Of a DNA stretch of 64,000 nt, positions 35,662-48,131 are shown piece by piece. Below the pieces are notes generated by a model. That model was given only the letters and a program-made list of their open reading frames with translations. It searched no databases and was not told where the DNA came from. Both the position numbers and the translations under genes were made by a program. Position 1 is the first letter of the stretch, and the number at the start of each line of letters is the position of its first letter. The stretch is from Macrostomum lignano (Eukaryota), in NCBI GenBank assembly GCA_002269645.1, contig NIVC01004021.1, positions 1-64,000 of the forward strand, read 5' to 3'.

Positions 35662-38600
35662 GAGCTGTCACAGCGCTACATTGACGAATGCAGCGGCTGC
35701 GCCCAGCGTTTCAGCTCCTGGTCGGAGGAGGAGCAGACGCACTTTGTAGAGTCGCTGCTGCAGCAGATGACGCATTATCAGCACGGCAGGGTGCAAGCCT
35801 TCCTGGCTCCCATGCTGCAGCGGGACTTTATCAGCGCCCTGCCAGCTAGAGGCCTGGACCACCTGGCCGAGAAGATACTCGCTTATTTAGACGCCGAATC
35901 GCTCAAATCTGCCGAATTGGTTTGCCGCGAATGGCGCCGGGTTGTTGCCGACGGCCTGCTATGGAAGAAGTTGATCGAACTTCAGGTCCGCTCCGACAAT
36001 CTCTGGCGCGGCTTAGCCGAGCGCAAAGGCTGGCTACAGGATCTGTTTAGGCCGCAGCGGGGCTGCCAACCAAAAGATAATGCCTATTATAGGCAGTTGT
36101 ATCCCAGAATACTGCAGGATATTGAGCGCATTGAGAACAACTGGCGCAGCGGCAAGTATAGGCTGCACAAAATCCAGTGCCAGAGCGAAGCGTCCAAGGG
36201 TGTGTATTGCTTGCAGTACGACGAGGACAAGATTGTCAGCGGCTTGCGGGACAATACTATCAAGGTTTGGGATCGGAGGACCTTTCAGTGCATCAAGGTG
36301 AGTATTTTATAATGGTTAGTTATGCTGCTGAAGTTTTGAGAATCTGCTTTAAACTGTACAGATTTGAGAATCTGCTATAAACTGTACAGATTTGAGAATC
36401 TGCTATAAACTGTACAGACTTGAGAATCTGCTATAAACTGTTCAGATTTGAGAATCTGCTATAAACTTTACAGACTTGAGAATCTGCTATAAACTGTACA
36501 GATTTGAGAATCTGCTATAAACTTTACAGACTTGAGAATCTGCTATAAACTGTACAGATTTGAGAATCTGCTATAAACTTTACAGACTTGAGAATCTGCT
36601 ATAAACTGTACAGATTTGAGAATCTGCTATAAACTTTACAGACTTGAGAATCTGCTATAAACTGTACAGATTTGAGAATCTGCTATAAACTGTACAGATT
36701 TGAGAATCTGCTATAAACTGTAGAGATTTGAGAATCTGCTATAAGAATTCCAGATTTGAAAAATTGATTTACAACTAAAAAATCAAGTAAAATCGCCTTA
36801 GCTAGGCAAGCTGCTTTCAACCATATCTAAATCCCTCCTAATCCCCAAGGTGCTCACCGGGCATTCCGGCTCAGTGCTCTGCCTTCAATACGATGAAAAC
36901 ATCATCATTAGCGGCTCATCGGACAGCACAGTCCGCGTCTGGGACGTGCACTCCGGCGAAGCTTTAAACACTCTGTACCATCACTGCGAGGCCGTACTGC
37001 ACCTGCGCTTCGCCGAGGGTCTCATGGTCACGTGCTCTAAAGACAGATCCATCGCCGTGTGGGACATGGTCTCGCCTAAAGAAATCACTCTTCGCCGTGT
37101 GTTAGTTGGCCATCGGGCCGCTGTTAACGTTGTAGATTTTGACCAGCGCTATATTGTGTCTGCGTCTGGCGACCGAACTATCAAGGTTTGCTCGCTTTTA
37201 TATACTACTGCTGCTGCTATGCGGGGCTAGTAGTTTGTCAGTGGCATTTCAGTTGAGCGGATAATAATAATAATAATAATAGCAATTCAAGTTTTAGGAT
37301 TATAATAACTTAAAAGTTAAGTTTTAGAGAAGGACACTGAAGTTTTGAGGAGGACACTGAAGTTTTGGAGAAGACACTGAAGTTTTGGAGAAGACACTGA
37401 AGTTTTGAGGAGGACACTGAAGTTTTGGAGAAGACACTGAAGTTTTGAGGAGGACACAAAACTTTTGGGGAAGACTCTGAAGTTTTGGGGAAGACTCTGA
37501 AGTTTTGGAGAAGACTCTAAAGTTTTTATAGAAGACACTGAAGTTTTGGGGAAGACACTGAAGTTTTGGGGAAGACTCTGAAGTTTTGGGGAAGACTCTG
37601 AAGTTTTGGGGAAGACTCTGAAGTTTTGGGGAAGACTCTGAAGTTTTGGGGAAGACTCTGAAGTTTTGGAGAAGACACTGAAGTTTTGGAGAAGACTCTA
37701 AAGTTTTTATAGAAGACACTGAAGTTTTGGGGAAGACTCTGAAGTTTTGGGGAAGACTCTGAAGTTTTGGGGAAGACTCTAAAGTTTTGGGGAAGACTCT
37801 GAAGTTTTGGGGAAGACTCTGAAGTTTTGGAGAAGACACTGAAGTTTTGGGGAAGACTCTGAAGTTTTGGAGAAGACACTGAAGTTTTGGGGAAGACTCT
37901 GAAGTTTTGGGGAAGACACTGAAGTTTTGGAGAAGACACTGAAGTTTTGGGGAGGACACTGAAGCTTCAGGGTGAAGCAGATATTGCATCCGGTCTCATT
38001 TCGCGATACAACCTGAGTATTCCTTTGCCGACTCAATTGAAGGTGTGGCACACAACCAGCTGCGAATTTGTGCGCACCCTGAGCGGTCACAAGCGCGGCA
38101 TCGCCTGTCTGCAATATCGCGACCGTCTAGTGGTCAGCGGCTCGTCCGACAACTCAATACGGCTGTGGGACATCGAGACTGGCAGCTGTCTGCGCGTGCT
38201 GGAAGGTAAGGAATTGCAATTCCATTGAAGCTCTGTTCCTTATGCAATGGGAATGAAAGTAAGCGCAGGTTTTTATCAAATCAATATGTAGATAAGCGCG
38301 CAGATATTACCTGATTAATATAGGGATAAGCGCGCAGATACTATCTAATCAATATGGGGATAAGCGCGCAGATACTATCTAATTAATATAGGGATAAGCG
38401 CGCAGATACTATCTGATCAATATAGGGATAAGCGCGCAGATACTATCTAATTAATATAGGGATAAGCGCGCAGATACTATCTAATCAATATAGGGATAAA
38501 CGCGCAGACACTATCTAATCAATCTTGGGATAAGCGCACTGCAACAGATGATACCTAATTATCATGCAAGGAAAATTTTAATTTAAACCAAAAAGTTTGC

Positions 38601-39074
38601 GCGCCAATTTCAACAATCTGACTACATTGTGCGCGCTCAATACCGCCACCCGCAGGCCACGAAGAGCTGGTTCGCTGCATCCGATTCGATAGCAAGCGCA
38701 TCGTCTCCGGCGCCTACGACGGCAAAATCAAAGTCTGGGACCTGCCGGCGGCATTGGATCCGCGCTCGTCGCCTGCGGCTATGTGCGTCGGCACCCTAGT
38801 GGAGCACACCGGCCGAGTGTTCCGCTTGCAATTCGACGAATTCCAAATTGTCTCTTCGTCGCACGACGATACAATTTTAGTTTGGGATTTCCTAGCTGAA
38901 GACGACGACGGCTCGGAGACTGGCGGCGCCGCCGGCGGAGGAGGGGGCGGCGGCGGCGGAGGCGGGGACGACGACGACGATGACAAAAGCGGGCGAGGCG
39001 CGGCCGGCAAGTTCAATCCGGTTGGTGGCAACTTCATAGCCGGCGGCGATGAGGACGACGCCGATGTCGATTAG
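35662..39074 (+). CDS. BTRC: beta-TrCP/Slimb (FBXW1/FBXW11), F-box plus WD40 SCF substrate adaptor; conserved exons
   Basis: Exons 35662-36297, 36850-37185, 38043-38205 and 38656-39074, with consistent phases. They contain the D-domain (HYQHGRV...[19 protein letters not shown]), the F-box (AELVCREW) and canonical WD repeats ([70 protein letters not shown]). Confidence 0.96.
36335..36744. repeat. 28-bp minisatellite TTTGAGAATCTGCTATAAACTGTACAGA in a beta-TrCP intron
   Basis: About 14-15 tandem copies. Confidence 0.97.
37320..37965. repeat. 20-bp minisatellite GAAGTTTTGG(A/G)GAAGAC(A/T)CT in a beta-TrCP intron
   Basis: About 32 tandem copies, with a (TAA)n tract a little upstream. Confidence 0.97.
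38291..38535. repeat. 34-bp minisatellite GATAAGCGCGCAGATACTATCTAATCAATATAGG in a beta-TrCP intron
   Basis: About 7 tandem copies. Confidence 0.93.
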
Positions 39075-40442
39075 CAGGATACGGAATTATGCTTAACCTT
39101 GTGGACTGGCGGCCAGACCCCCCCATCTACTGCTTCTGTTGGGACGGCAGGCCGTTTTTAACAGTTCCTTATTTGGCTTCCTTCTCCAGTTGGGCTCTGA
39201 AGGGGATTAGAATTGGGGTTTATGTCAACTGCAGTGGATTTACCTGAATCTAAGATCTGATTTGCACAGTTGCTTTGATGAGCCGCTTCCGTGCCACATG
39301 CGGCCAGCGAAGCCTCTCTATTCGGCCCTCGGGTCCTTTGATACGTCACATCTGGCCCGCTCTGGGTTTGTGTCTCTTCTCTTCTCTCACGTCTTTTTTA
39401 TCTCTTCTCATCTGTCCTCTTATCTCTTATCTCTCATCTTATCTTTCGCCTCTCTTCTCCTCTCTTATCTCTCATCTCATCTTTAATATTCTTTCCGTTT
39501 CCTTTCCTCCCTCCCTGTCTCACCTGGCCCGCAGCGGCGAGCTGGATTCTTTATCGGGCCCTTGAGTCATAAAAGTTTGCGGACTCCCTGCTCTAAATAA
39601 ACAAACAGGCTGTCCCAGGCTACACCAAATTTAGGAACTGTAAAAACGACACCGTGAATTCTTCTCTGCCTTGCGATCAGACCCGCGAGTATAATATATA
39701 TTTATCCATATGTAGTAGCTTAATTCTTCACTACAGTTTATTTTTCTAAGAAAAGAAGGCCATTTTTTCGTTGTCCCTTTTAATTGATTCATTTAATTAT
39801 TAAGTTTTCTAACCTGTACTCTACGTATACTGCGGATTATTAATATTATTTTTGCACCATATACTGTTGCACTTATTCCAGCCTTGCAACACTTTTGCTT
39901 ATCAAGTAATCGAGTGGATAAAAAATTTGACTTTAATGCATTGCTTAAATTTATTGTGTTTTTCCCTTTCGCTTATCTAAATTATTGGTATAGTTTATTT
40001 AATGCTGTAATCTAATTATTCTGTATTAATGACACGCGCTGGCTAAATTTCGTGGCCATGTGTCGTTTGCAAATCAAATATTCTTGTGCGTATTACTAAC
40101 TTAAAAAAATTATAGTTTAACTTAACTTAAGAAGAGCGAGTGCTTTCTGTGTACTTTTTCTTAAACTGCACTGGAACTTAACTGAAAATTCACCCCATAC
40201 AGTTTATCATTACCTGTACAGCGTTGTGCTAATACAGTTTTCCTAATAATAATTCCGAATCGTATTCTTGTTTTCTAAGGTTCTGCTTATTAAGATATTT
40301 TCATTTTCTATCTTTCACTTTGCGTCGCTTCTCATATGCACTTATTTGGGAAGCGTATTGTTTGTCTTTGCCTGTAGAACAACTATTTTAGTTCGACATG
40401 AGGAAAGTTAAAATCCGTGATTCATTTTTCTGTCTAAATGAT

Positions 40443-40760
40443 GGTTTCCATAGAGACAGCAGCGCTTATCCAAGTGTCTCTGATATGCTTGGTTTCCATA
40501 GAGACAGCAGCGCTTATCCAAGTGTCTCTGATACGCTTAGTTTCCATAGAGACAGCAGCGCTTATCCAAGTGTCTCTGATACGCTTGGTTTCCATAGAGA
40601 CAGCAGCGCTTATCCAAGTGTCTCTGTTACGCTTGGTTTCCATAGAGACAGCAGCGCTTATCTAAGTGTCTCTGATACGCTTGGTTTCCATAGAGACAAC
40701 AGCGCTTATCCAAGTGTCTCTGATACGCTTGGTTTCCATAGAGACAACAGCGCTTATCCC
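40443..40760. repeat. 48-bp minisatellite; each unit carries an RFX X-box match
   Basis: Unit GGTTTCCATAGAGACAGCAGCGCTTATCCAAGTGTCTCTGATACGCTT, about 6.6 copies. Confidence 0.96.
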
Positions 40761-43700
40761 TTACCTTAATCTCGTATGAAGCTATTCTCAATAATCATAT
40801 CAAATGCGCGAAATGATTCTGTAATGTAAGTCTTCTAATTAAATGATTTGTTTTGCTCTAATTATTAGCTAGCAAGACCACCTGTCTGCCCCTTCCGTTT
40901 GTCTGTCTGCCTGTCTGTTTGCCTTCATGCGGCTCAACTTATATCAATCATACTCCGGAAACGATGTTCTACCCTTTAATTTTGTTACTAGAGCCCCTCC
41001 TAAATGTTTGTTCTTTAGTTGATGCATATTTTCAGGTGTACTTGTACTTGTGTCTGTAAGTGTGCCTATCGATAAAGTTCATTTTCCTTCAGCTATTTGA
41101 ATAGCTCGGTAAACAGCGTGTGAGATTTGAGTTTCATGTTCTTTTAGCCTGTTGGTTCTATACTCGTATCTAAGCTCAACCTGGCATTAATTGCAAAATT
41201 TCCTTTTGTACCGGAGCTAAATCAATTATATCCCAGCCGTACGTTTACTTGTGCGTGTAAATTTATCAAGTTTTTTTGTAGAATAGAAAATGATTGTTTT
41301 AAGCCCGCTATATCTATAATCGTATGAGTATGTAATGCATGACTAACAAAGCATAGCGTTCATATATAATCTACTACTAACAGTAACGCTTAGCTGCCTG
41401 TCTATTGCTAAGCTTGTATGTACCCGGCACCTTAAATTGTCAAAGTTGTAAGTGTGCGCCAGCTTAGCTACTTAATTATATCCAAGCTTTGCTAATTCGT
41501 GTGCCTTCCCAGAAGTCGGCCATGCCGCGCCTGTTCGAAGACTGCAAAAAATCTTTAATTCCCCATCCCGTAGTCTTCGGTTGCTCGGAGGCCCCCTGTG
41601 GACCAGCGGAGCCGCAATCTGAGCTCCCTGTTTGCTTTTTGACTTGTAAGTTAAGCAAGCATTAACAACTCGAAGCAAAGCCTTCTTTTGCCAATAATCT
41701 TCAACAAAATACAAGTGTTCCCAGGTTATTTAGATTGTGGAACGTGCACCAATCCCTTCGCGTTAGCAGACAATGTAACAGTAAACTAATTTCTCTTCAT
41801 TGGCTTTCCTCCGTTCTTTCATTTGCTAATTCACAAATTATGGTCTTGAAGTTTGTTTTTTTTGTTTGAAATGGCGCTCCCCATCTGTAGCCTGTAACTT
41901 TTAATTGTTAATACTTATTATTTATACATATACTATATACTTCAAGTAAAGCTATCAATTGCAACCCTTAATACTTTGGTGTATTTACACTGACATGTAT
42001 AGTGTCGTTCGCTTGTTTATTTCGCTTGTTTGTTTCATGCTAGTTTCTGAAATAATGTAATAGTAATATAAATTACGCAAAGCCAAAAACACATTGTAGA
42101 GAAACTCCCAGAAGTAAGAAAAGAGTAATGTACATGTACATCGAGCTAAGTTTCACACCTACATGTACATGCACATGTTGTGTAGTCGTGTAGAAGTGAT
42201 TTATTTTAGCCACGTGGCGCACGCAAGACGCAACAGACTAGACCCTACTAAAGGCTACTACATTTAGTCGAATGAGCAGGGCACGAAAATACTAGAAATT
42301 CTTCGTATCACTTAGCAGGGGTGCATGCGCGGTTGGCATTATCAACGCTTGACTGTATGTACACATTCAAATTTAGATGTACCCGCCCTCTTAATCATTA
42401 TCATGTGAGCTAACCACCCCCCAAAAACAGCTGCGAGAATTCGTCCCTAAGCACATTAAAAGAGCCCTAGTTGCATTGATAAACTTTTCTGATCTAGTTC
42501 GCGGTTGCAATAGTTCCGTAAAGTGTAGTGTCGCTGAGTATCGTTTGCTATATACACCGCCATAATCGTTCGATCGATCACTTACAGTTTGAATACACAA
42601 CACAATGACGTTCGTATTCGATTTTTGCATAAGGGTCTAAATTTTCCAGTCAAGCGAGGCAGGTGGGGGGGCAAATCTAATGATCCAATTAGCTTTATAC
42701 ATACGCTTCGTTCCCCACAATCGATGCTCTCGTGTACAATGTGCATGTATTAACAGCAGTCTGTCGTGCTTTCACTTCCCTGCTTAGGACAACCATAAAC
42801 AGTTACCGCCAGGCTTTGAGTGCTTGGATAGTTTAAGAAATCCAAGCAGTTTATTATTACTCGCATGATTACATTTACAAGTACGCGTGTTCAAAGACAC
42901 CTTTACTTTAGTCCGTGTACTGACGGTTGAAACTTCTAGGCGTCGTCAGAATTCGATTATGACGAGATTTAAGGCTAACAGTCTATTTTACTGCAATACA
43001 TTAATATTCTGAGCGATGTCACGAGATTACGAGGTTAAATTGAAGCGAATCAATACTACTTCAAGAATCTCTTGCGAAGAATCTCTCTCATTGCAATCCA
43101 CTATATGGAGCTACTTCTCCAAAGTGACCCGTTACAGAAACGTCTGTTAACCCCTGTGCCGAATAGTGAAGGTTCACCATAGAGTTAAGTGACTGGATTT
43201 ATTCAGCCTGGATGATATTATTATTATGTTGGTCCCTCACTACTCTAACAATACAACTATTTTACGTTCTGTCCGTCAACATTTATTTTGGTGTGAATTT
43301 GATTTTTAATTAAAAACTGGCAATTGACTTATCTTACTTACCTTATCTCGCAATCTCGTAATCAAAGCAATACCTCGTTATTCGAACCCATTTTTGTACT
43401 CATATTTAAACTCATATTCATATCCATATTATAATTCTTTTATTTAAATACTTTAAATTGTTCGTTTCGTTGTTAGTCGGACGTCACTTTTCGTCCAAAA
43501 ATACCGTAAAAATTCTGGCGCTCTTTCAAATACTTTATATTTTACAATACTTCGTCGAATCGTATGTATGTATTGTATACATACTACATAAACACTTCTA
43601 TTTCGAAAATTTTTCCAAATACAATGCCGTATAATATATTGGCCAAACAGGCTAATTGCCTGAGCCAAATTCTTACTACTACTACTACTACTACTACTAC

Positions 43701-46700
43701 TACAGTTTAAAATGTGCAATCGATCGATTCGAATCATTCGATACTTTACTTATATGTTGGCTTACTTATAAGTTATATTCCAGACAGTGAAAACGATATC
43801 TTGAAAACGGTTATACGTTTCTTGCATCTATTTTTTTAATTTACAGGCAATCTTTTTGAACATGTTGAATGTCTGTCTGGATGTCTGCCAGGAAACCCAC
43901 ACATGAGTCATGACACATGACAATAATTAATTAAGTTGCGTATGCTTTATCTTAGACTATAGGCCTAGTGTAGTTTATAGTGATATTTATATAATATTAG
44001 ACTCTAGACAAATAAATTAGGCTATTTACTATATTTGGTAATCAAATCAACTAATAGGATAATCTACAATATATAGTATAGTATTGTAGTTGTAGTTGTA
44101 GGCCCCTCGGCCCTACTATAGAATTATTTTACTAGGGCCTAATTAATAGGCCTAACTTGAATGAATAATGAATATGCATAATATTATAAAGTTCAAAGGC
44201 CTTTCCTTTCTTAAAACAGTAGGTCTAGGGGCTGAGTCCTAGTCATGATCATGCTAATAAAGGAATTGATAGGCCTAAGCCTAAGCATATTTTATTATAT
44301 TGGCAATCCTTTGGTTTCCTGCTCTAAATTATTTAAACCCCTTTTTGAAATTTTCAAAGTCCAACAGGAACAGAGTTCTTGCAAGAGTTCACAGAGTTCT
44401 ACATAGGGTAATAGTATATTATTCACTAGAAGGTATTGCCAAAGTGCTGATAGGGAAGCTTGGAACCACATGAACTTTTGCAATACATTTAAAAAAAATG
44501 TTGCTATTTCTATACACAGCTTGAAACTTGGCTTTGCAGTTGCAGCAAATGGTTGACTATTAAATGGTTGGCCAATGTGTTGTAGGCAGCCTATTGGTTT
44601 GTAAAGATGCATGCAAAAGCAAATTTGGCAACAATCTAGGCAAATTTGGCAATATGTCTTTTTATAGCTAGCCTAAAGATAAGTTAAAGCAAATAAGGTG
44701 TGGGTGGAAAAAGAAAATTAACTTGGGGTTTGACTTGAAATTGGTCAGTTGCTAACACTCATAAATGACATAGGGGCAGATTCTACATTTGAATTCCTAC
44801 TGGCATTGCGTTTGTACAAATAAATCTAAAGATGTTGCGTAAACCAATTACAACAAAATTCTTTCTCCTATTTTACTCCAACTGCTGGGGTCCTCAAATT
44901 CTGGGGGAAGGTAGTCATATCGTAGTGGAGTGATTGTACGTGTAGCGGTGCTGCTGGTGCAGTCATTCAAATAGTTGACACTAAAATTTTGACACCATAG
45001 GTTAATGCATCAATTTGCTAAGCTTGTTACTTTCAGTAGGGTAGAGCTACCGCCACCATAATTTACAGTATATTTGAGCCTTATATACTCAAGAGGCCAT
45101 CCAAACGATGAATAAAAGGAGATTCACGCATTGGAACAAGGCACCAGTCACCGCCCTGCATATACTCTTTGGCGGGCATGCACAGAGGTGGGGTGGGTGA
45201 CTAATAGCAGAAAAATAAAACAGTTAGATAGCCGCAAAAAGGGGGTTCAAATTAGAATGAATTGGGCACCTTAAATGGTTCATATCAAATGAAGGGGGGC
45301 CGTTAAAAGGCTAAATTCTTTCCCCAACATTGTAAACAATAGAAAATGAAAAGTCCTATTCCAAGTCCCAAAGGTTTTTGCTTACAAGGCCGCTCAGCCT
45401 GAAATTAACAAACATTTCTTGGAAAGGACTTAAAACTCACTAAGAATAAATGATAGATAAAACAAAATCAGTTAAAAAGGGAAAGCTAGGCCTAATCTGC
45501 ATTATAGATTACCATTCTACAAAAGGAATTATTCAAATCATATGTAATTGTTTTTCCTTCATTAATTGTCGCCAAATTTGCCTAGATTGTTGCCAAATTT
45601 GCTTTTGCCGAATTAGTCTATTGTGAATCTCTGTCACCCAACTGGTCAGCACCCAGTCTGTAATAATGCGTATTCCTGGGAGCACAGTGCTAGAGGTTGG
45701 CTAGCCATATTGGCAGTAGCTCAGAAAAGTTAAAAAAGGGGTTTAAATAATTCCAATACTATTGGCAACACATTTTGGGTATTGGAGTATTGGAAGTTGA
45801 TAATTTTTTATATTATCAAACTTTGGTAACTTCCAATACAATTTTCAAATTTTCCTGATAGTCTGATAGCTGATACTTTTAAAATTTTGAGTATCCAAAC
45901 AATCAAAAATTTGTTAAAATAAATAAAATGGTTGCATAATTGTATAGAAAGTATTGATAAATAATTCACTTTTAGGTTAATGAAGCTGAAATAATTAATA
46001 CTTTCAATCTTGAAGCAAGTTTTTAGAACTTTTAAAATAGCCTTCGCCTACTTTATTAATTAGCTTATATAGCTTTTCATAGTTATCCTAGGCATGTTGA
46101 AATGGGGAGAAATGCACGGCATCCTGCCCGCTGCAATAATTTATGGCCAACTTCAATAAGTAAAAAAACTTGTATGCATATGTAAGTACCAGTATCTAGT
46201 TAATGTTTCTACAACTTGTATATTTTAAAAGTAAAGCTTAGTGCTGCTTAATAATTCTTAGTATTAGTTACTCTTTTTTCAATTTGCAGACCAAACAAAG
46301 GCAAACCAAGCAAGTTTTGGCTATAGACAATTTTTGGATTTCATTATTTCTTTTTTTGTCTTGTGTGCTAGTGTGCTAATGTAGGGGCTGTGCCCCCACA
46401 CCCCCGCAAGGGGGCTCAGTGCCCCCTTGACCTCGCTTTCTTCTGACTTTGCCATAGACATTTTCAGTGGGCCATGAAACCAACTGAATGCATTGGAGTA
46501 ATAGACTTTTGCTTGCATGCCCAGAGAATGCATAGACTAGTCAGCATTCTCTGGGCTTTGCTCAACTCTGTGACCAAATTAAAAGCCCACAGTCAAACTA
46601 GAACACAAAAAGCTAATATAATAATTAGTAATTATCATTAAAATGATATTATTTAGTCAATTATCATGTTGCAAGTTCTGCAACACTGTCAGTCACTGAT

Positions 46701-48131
46701 TGCCAATTAATAATAAAATTTCTACATTAGCAAATACATTAGTGCTACACTACTAGTAACACAAGCAATTTAGTGAACAATGTGTACATGCATATACAAA
46801 CATATGTGCATGCATACATGTACATGCATATAGCAATAAATAAATAAATCCACTATTTTGGAAACATATATTGTGAGGCCAAGTTGAGTAAAGGGTAGAG
46901 AAGTACGCGATTTACTTAGGATTACATGTATAGAGAGCAGAGAGGTGATGTGTTGCCCAATCTGAGGTAAGGCTTTAAGTCTCTACCTCAGCTTAAAACA
47001 TTTGGTCTGGCTAGCTGAGTACATGTGTACATGTAAGTGCGCTCAACCCTAAAAACAAGGCTGAGGTTAAGCCTACAGGTGTACCAATCACAGACTGACA
47101 GGCTGCCACACTATACTAAAACAATGACAGTGCTAATAGGTGTAAAGAAGAATGACTATAGAGGCTAGTAAATAGTTAATTATCGACTACAGTGGCAACT
47201 GTTGGTTTTCATTTGTTACTTTAATTTTATAAGTTTTACTGAAGGCTTCATGATTTAAAACAATGCTAAGCTTGTTTTATTTGCCTTAAAAATCTAGGAG
47301 AAGGTCTGAGAGGCTTTAATTATATGCATCTATATTTGTTAAGCATTCTTTTTGCAAAAACTGGATATTGGAATAGAGTATTGGAATTAGGGTATCGCCG
47401 ATACTCAAATTTGGATATTGGACTTTCAGGTATCGGTGATACTTTTTTCAGAAAGGGTTCAGAGTATTGGTTTTCACCAATACTTTTTTGAGTATCGAGC
47501 CCAACACTGAAAGCAAGAAACTGAAGGATTGCCTATTATATTGACTAGGCTAGGCCTAGGCCCCTATTATTGTTCTGGGCCTACTAATCTCCTCTACCCC
47601 TTTTCAAAACATGCTACCACCCTTCCACTAGAAAGACATGCACTGCCAAGAAGATAAAAAAAAGTTGCATTGCAATCACTCAAAGTTGATACAAATTTTT
47701 TGTTTAGAGCAGAAAAAGTAGCCAAATAAGAAGTTGTTTTCTGCTTTTTTAACAAACAGTTTTCAAAATTTCAACATTAAAATAGCCTATTTGTTGTGTA
47801 AGAAAATTATCTATTGATATATACATGTATACTCTTAACACCATATGCTGCTGAGGCCGCAAATCCTGATTAAAAATATATAAAAATTTTAGCTGCCGCT
47901 TTAAATTTAAGTGACAATGCTCAGACAGACTACTGAAAAAAGGCCCGACGCTCTACTATTCCCAACTTTAATTGCGAGTGACATTTGGTTATCGGTGTCT
48001 ACACAAACTGCAATAAATTGGCCATACAGCAGTTATTGCCATTTAAAATCTAGGTGTTGATTTGATATTAAATTTGCATACTAAAGTGCAACTATAGCCA
48101 ACTGTTGATTGCGTGCATGCTTTAACCAGCC

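Noticed and set aside
6283-39074. Idea of an immune cluster (TEP, glycosyltransferase, beta-TrCP)
   Set aside because: Adjacency alone is not evidence. The genes differ in orientation and no shared regulatory element is evident; beta-TrCP and MED17 are general housekeeping genes.
41512-41646. Isolated + strand exon-like segment (ttcccag...GTAAGT)
   Set aside because: No recognisable peptide and no phase-compatible partner exons found.
46519-46556. Perfect 13-bp hairpin GCCCAGAGAATGC...GCATTCTCTGGGC
   Set aside because: Not followed by a Helitron CTRR end, too short for a pre-miRNA, and a single occurrence.
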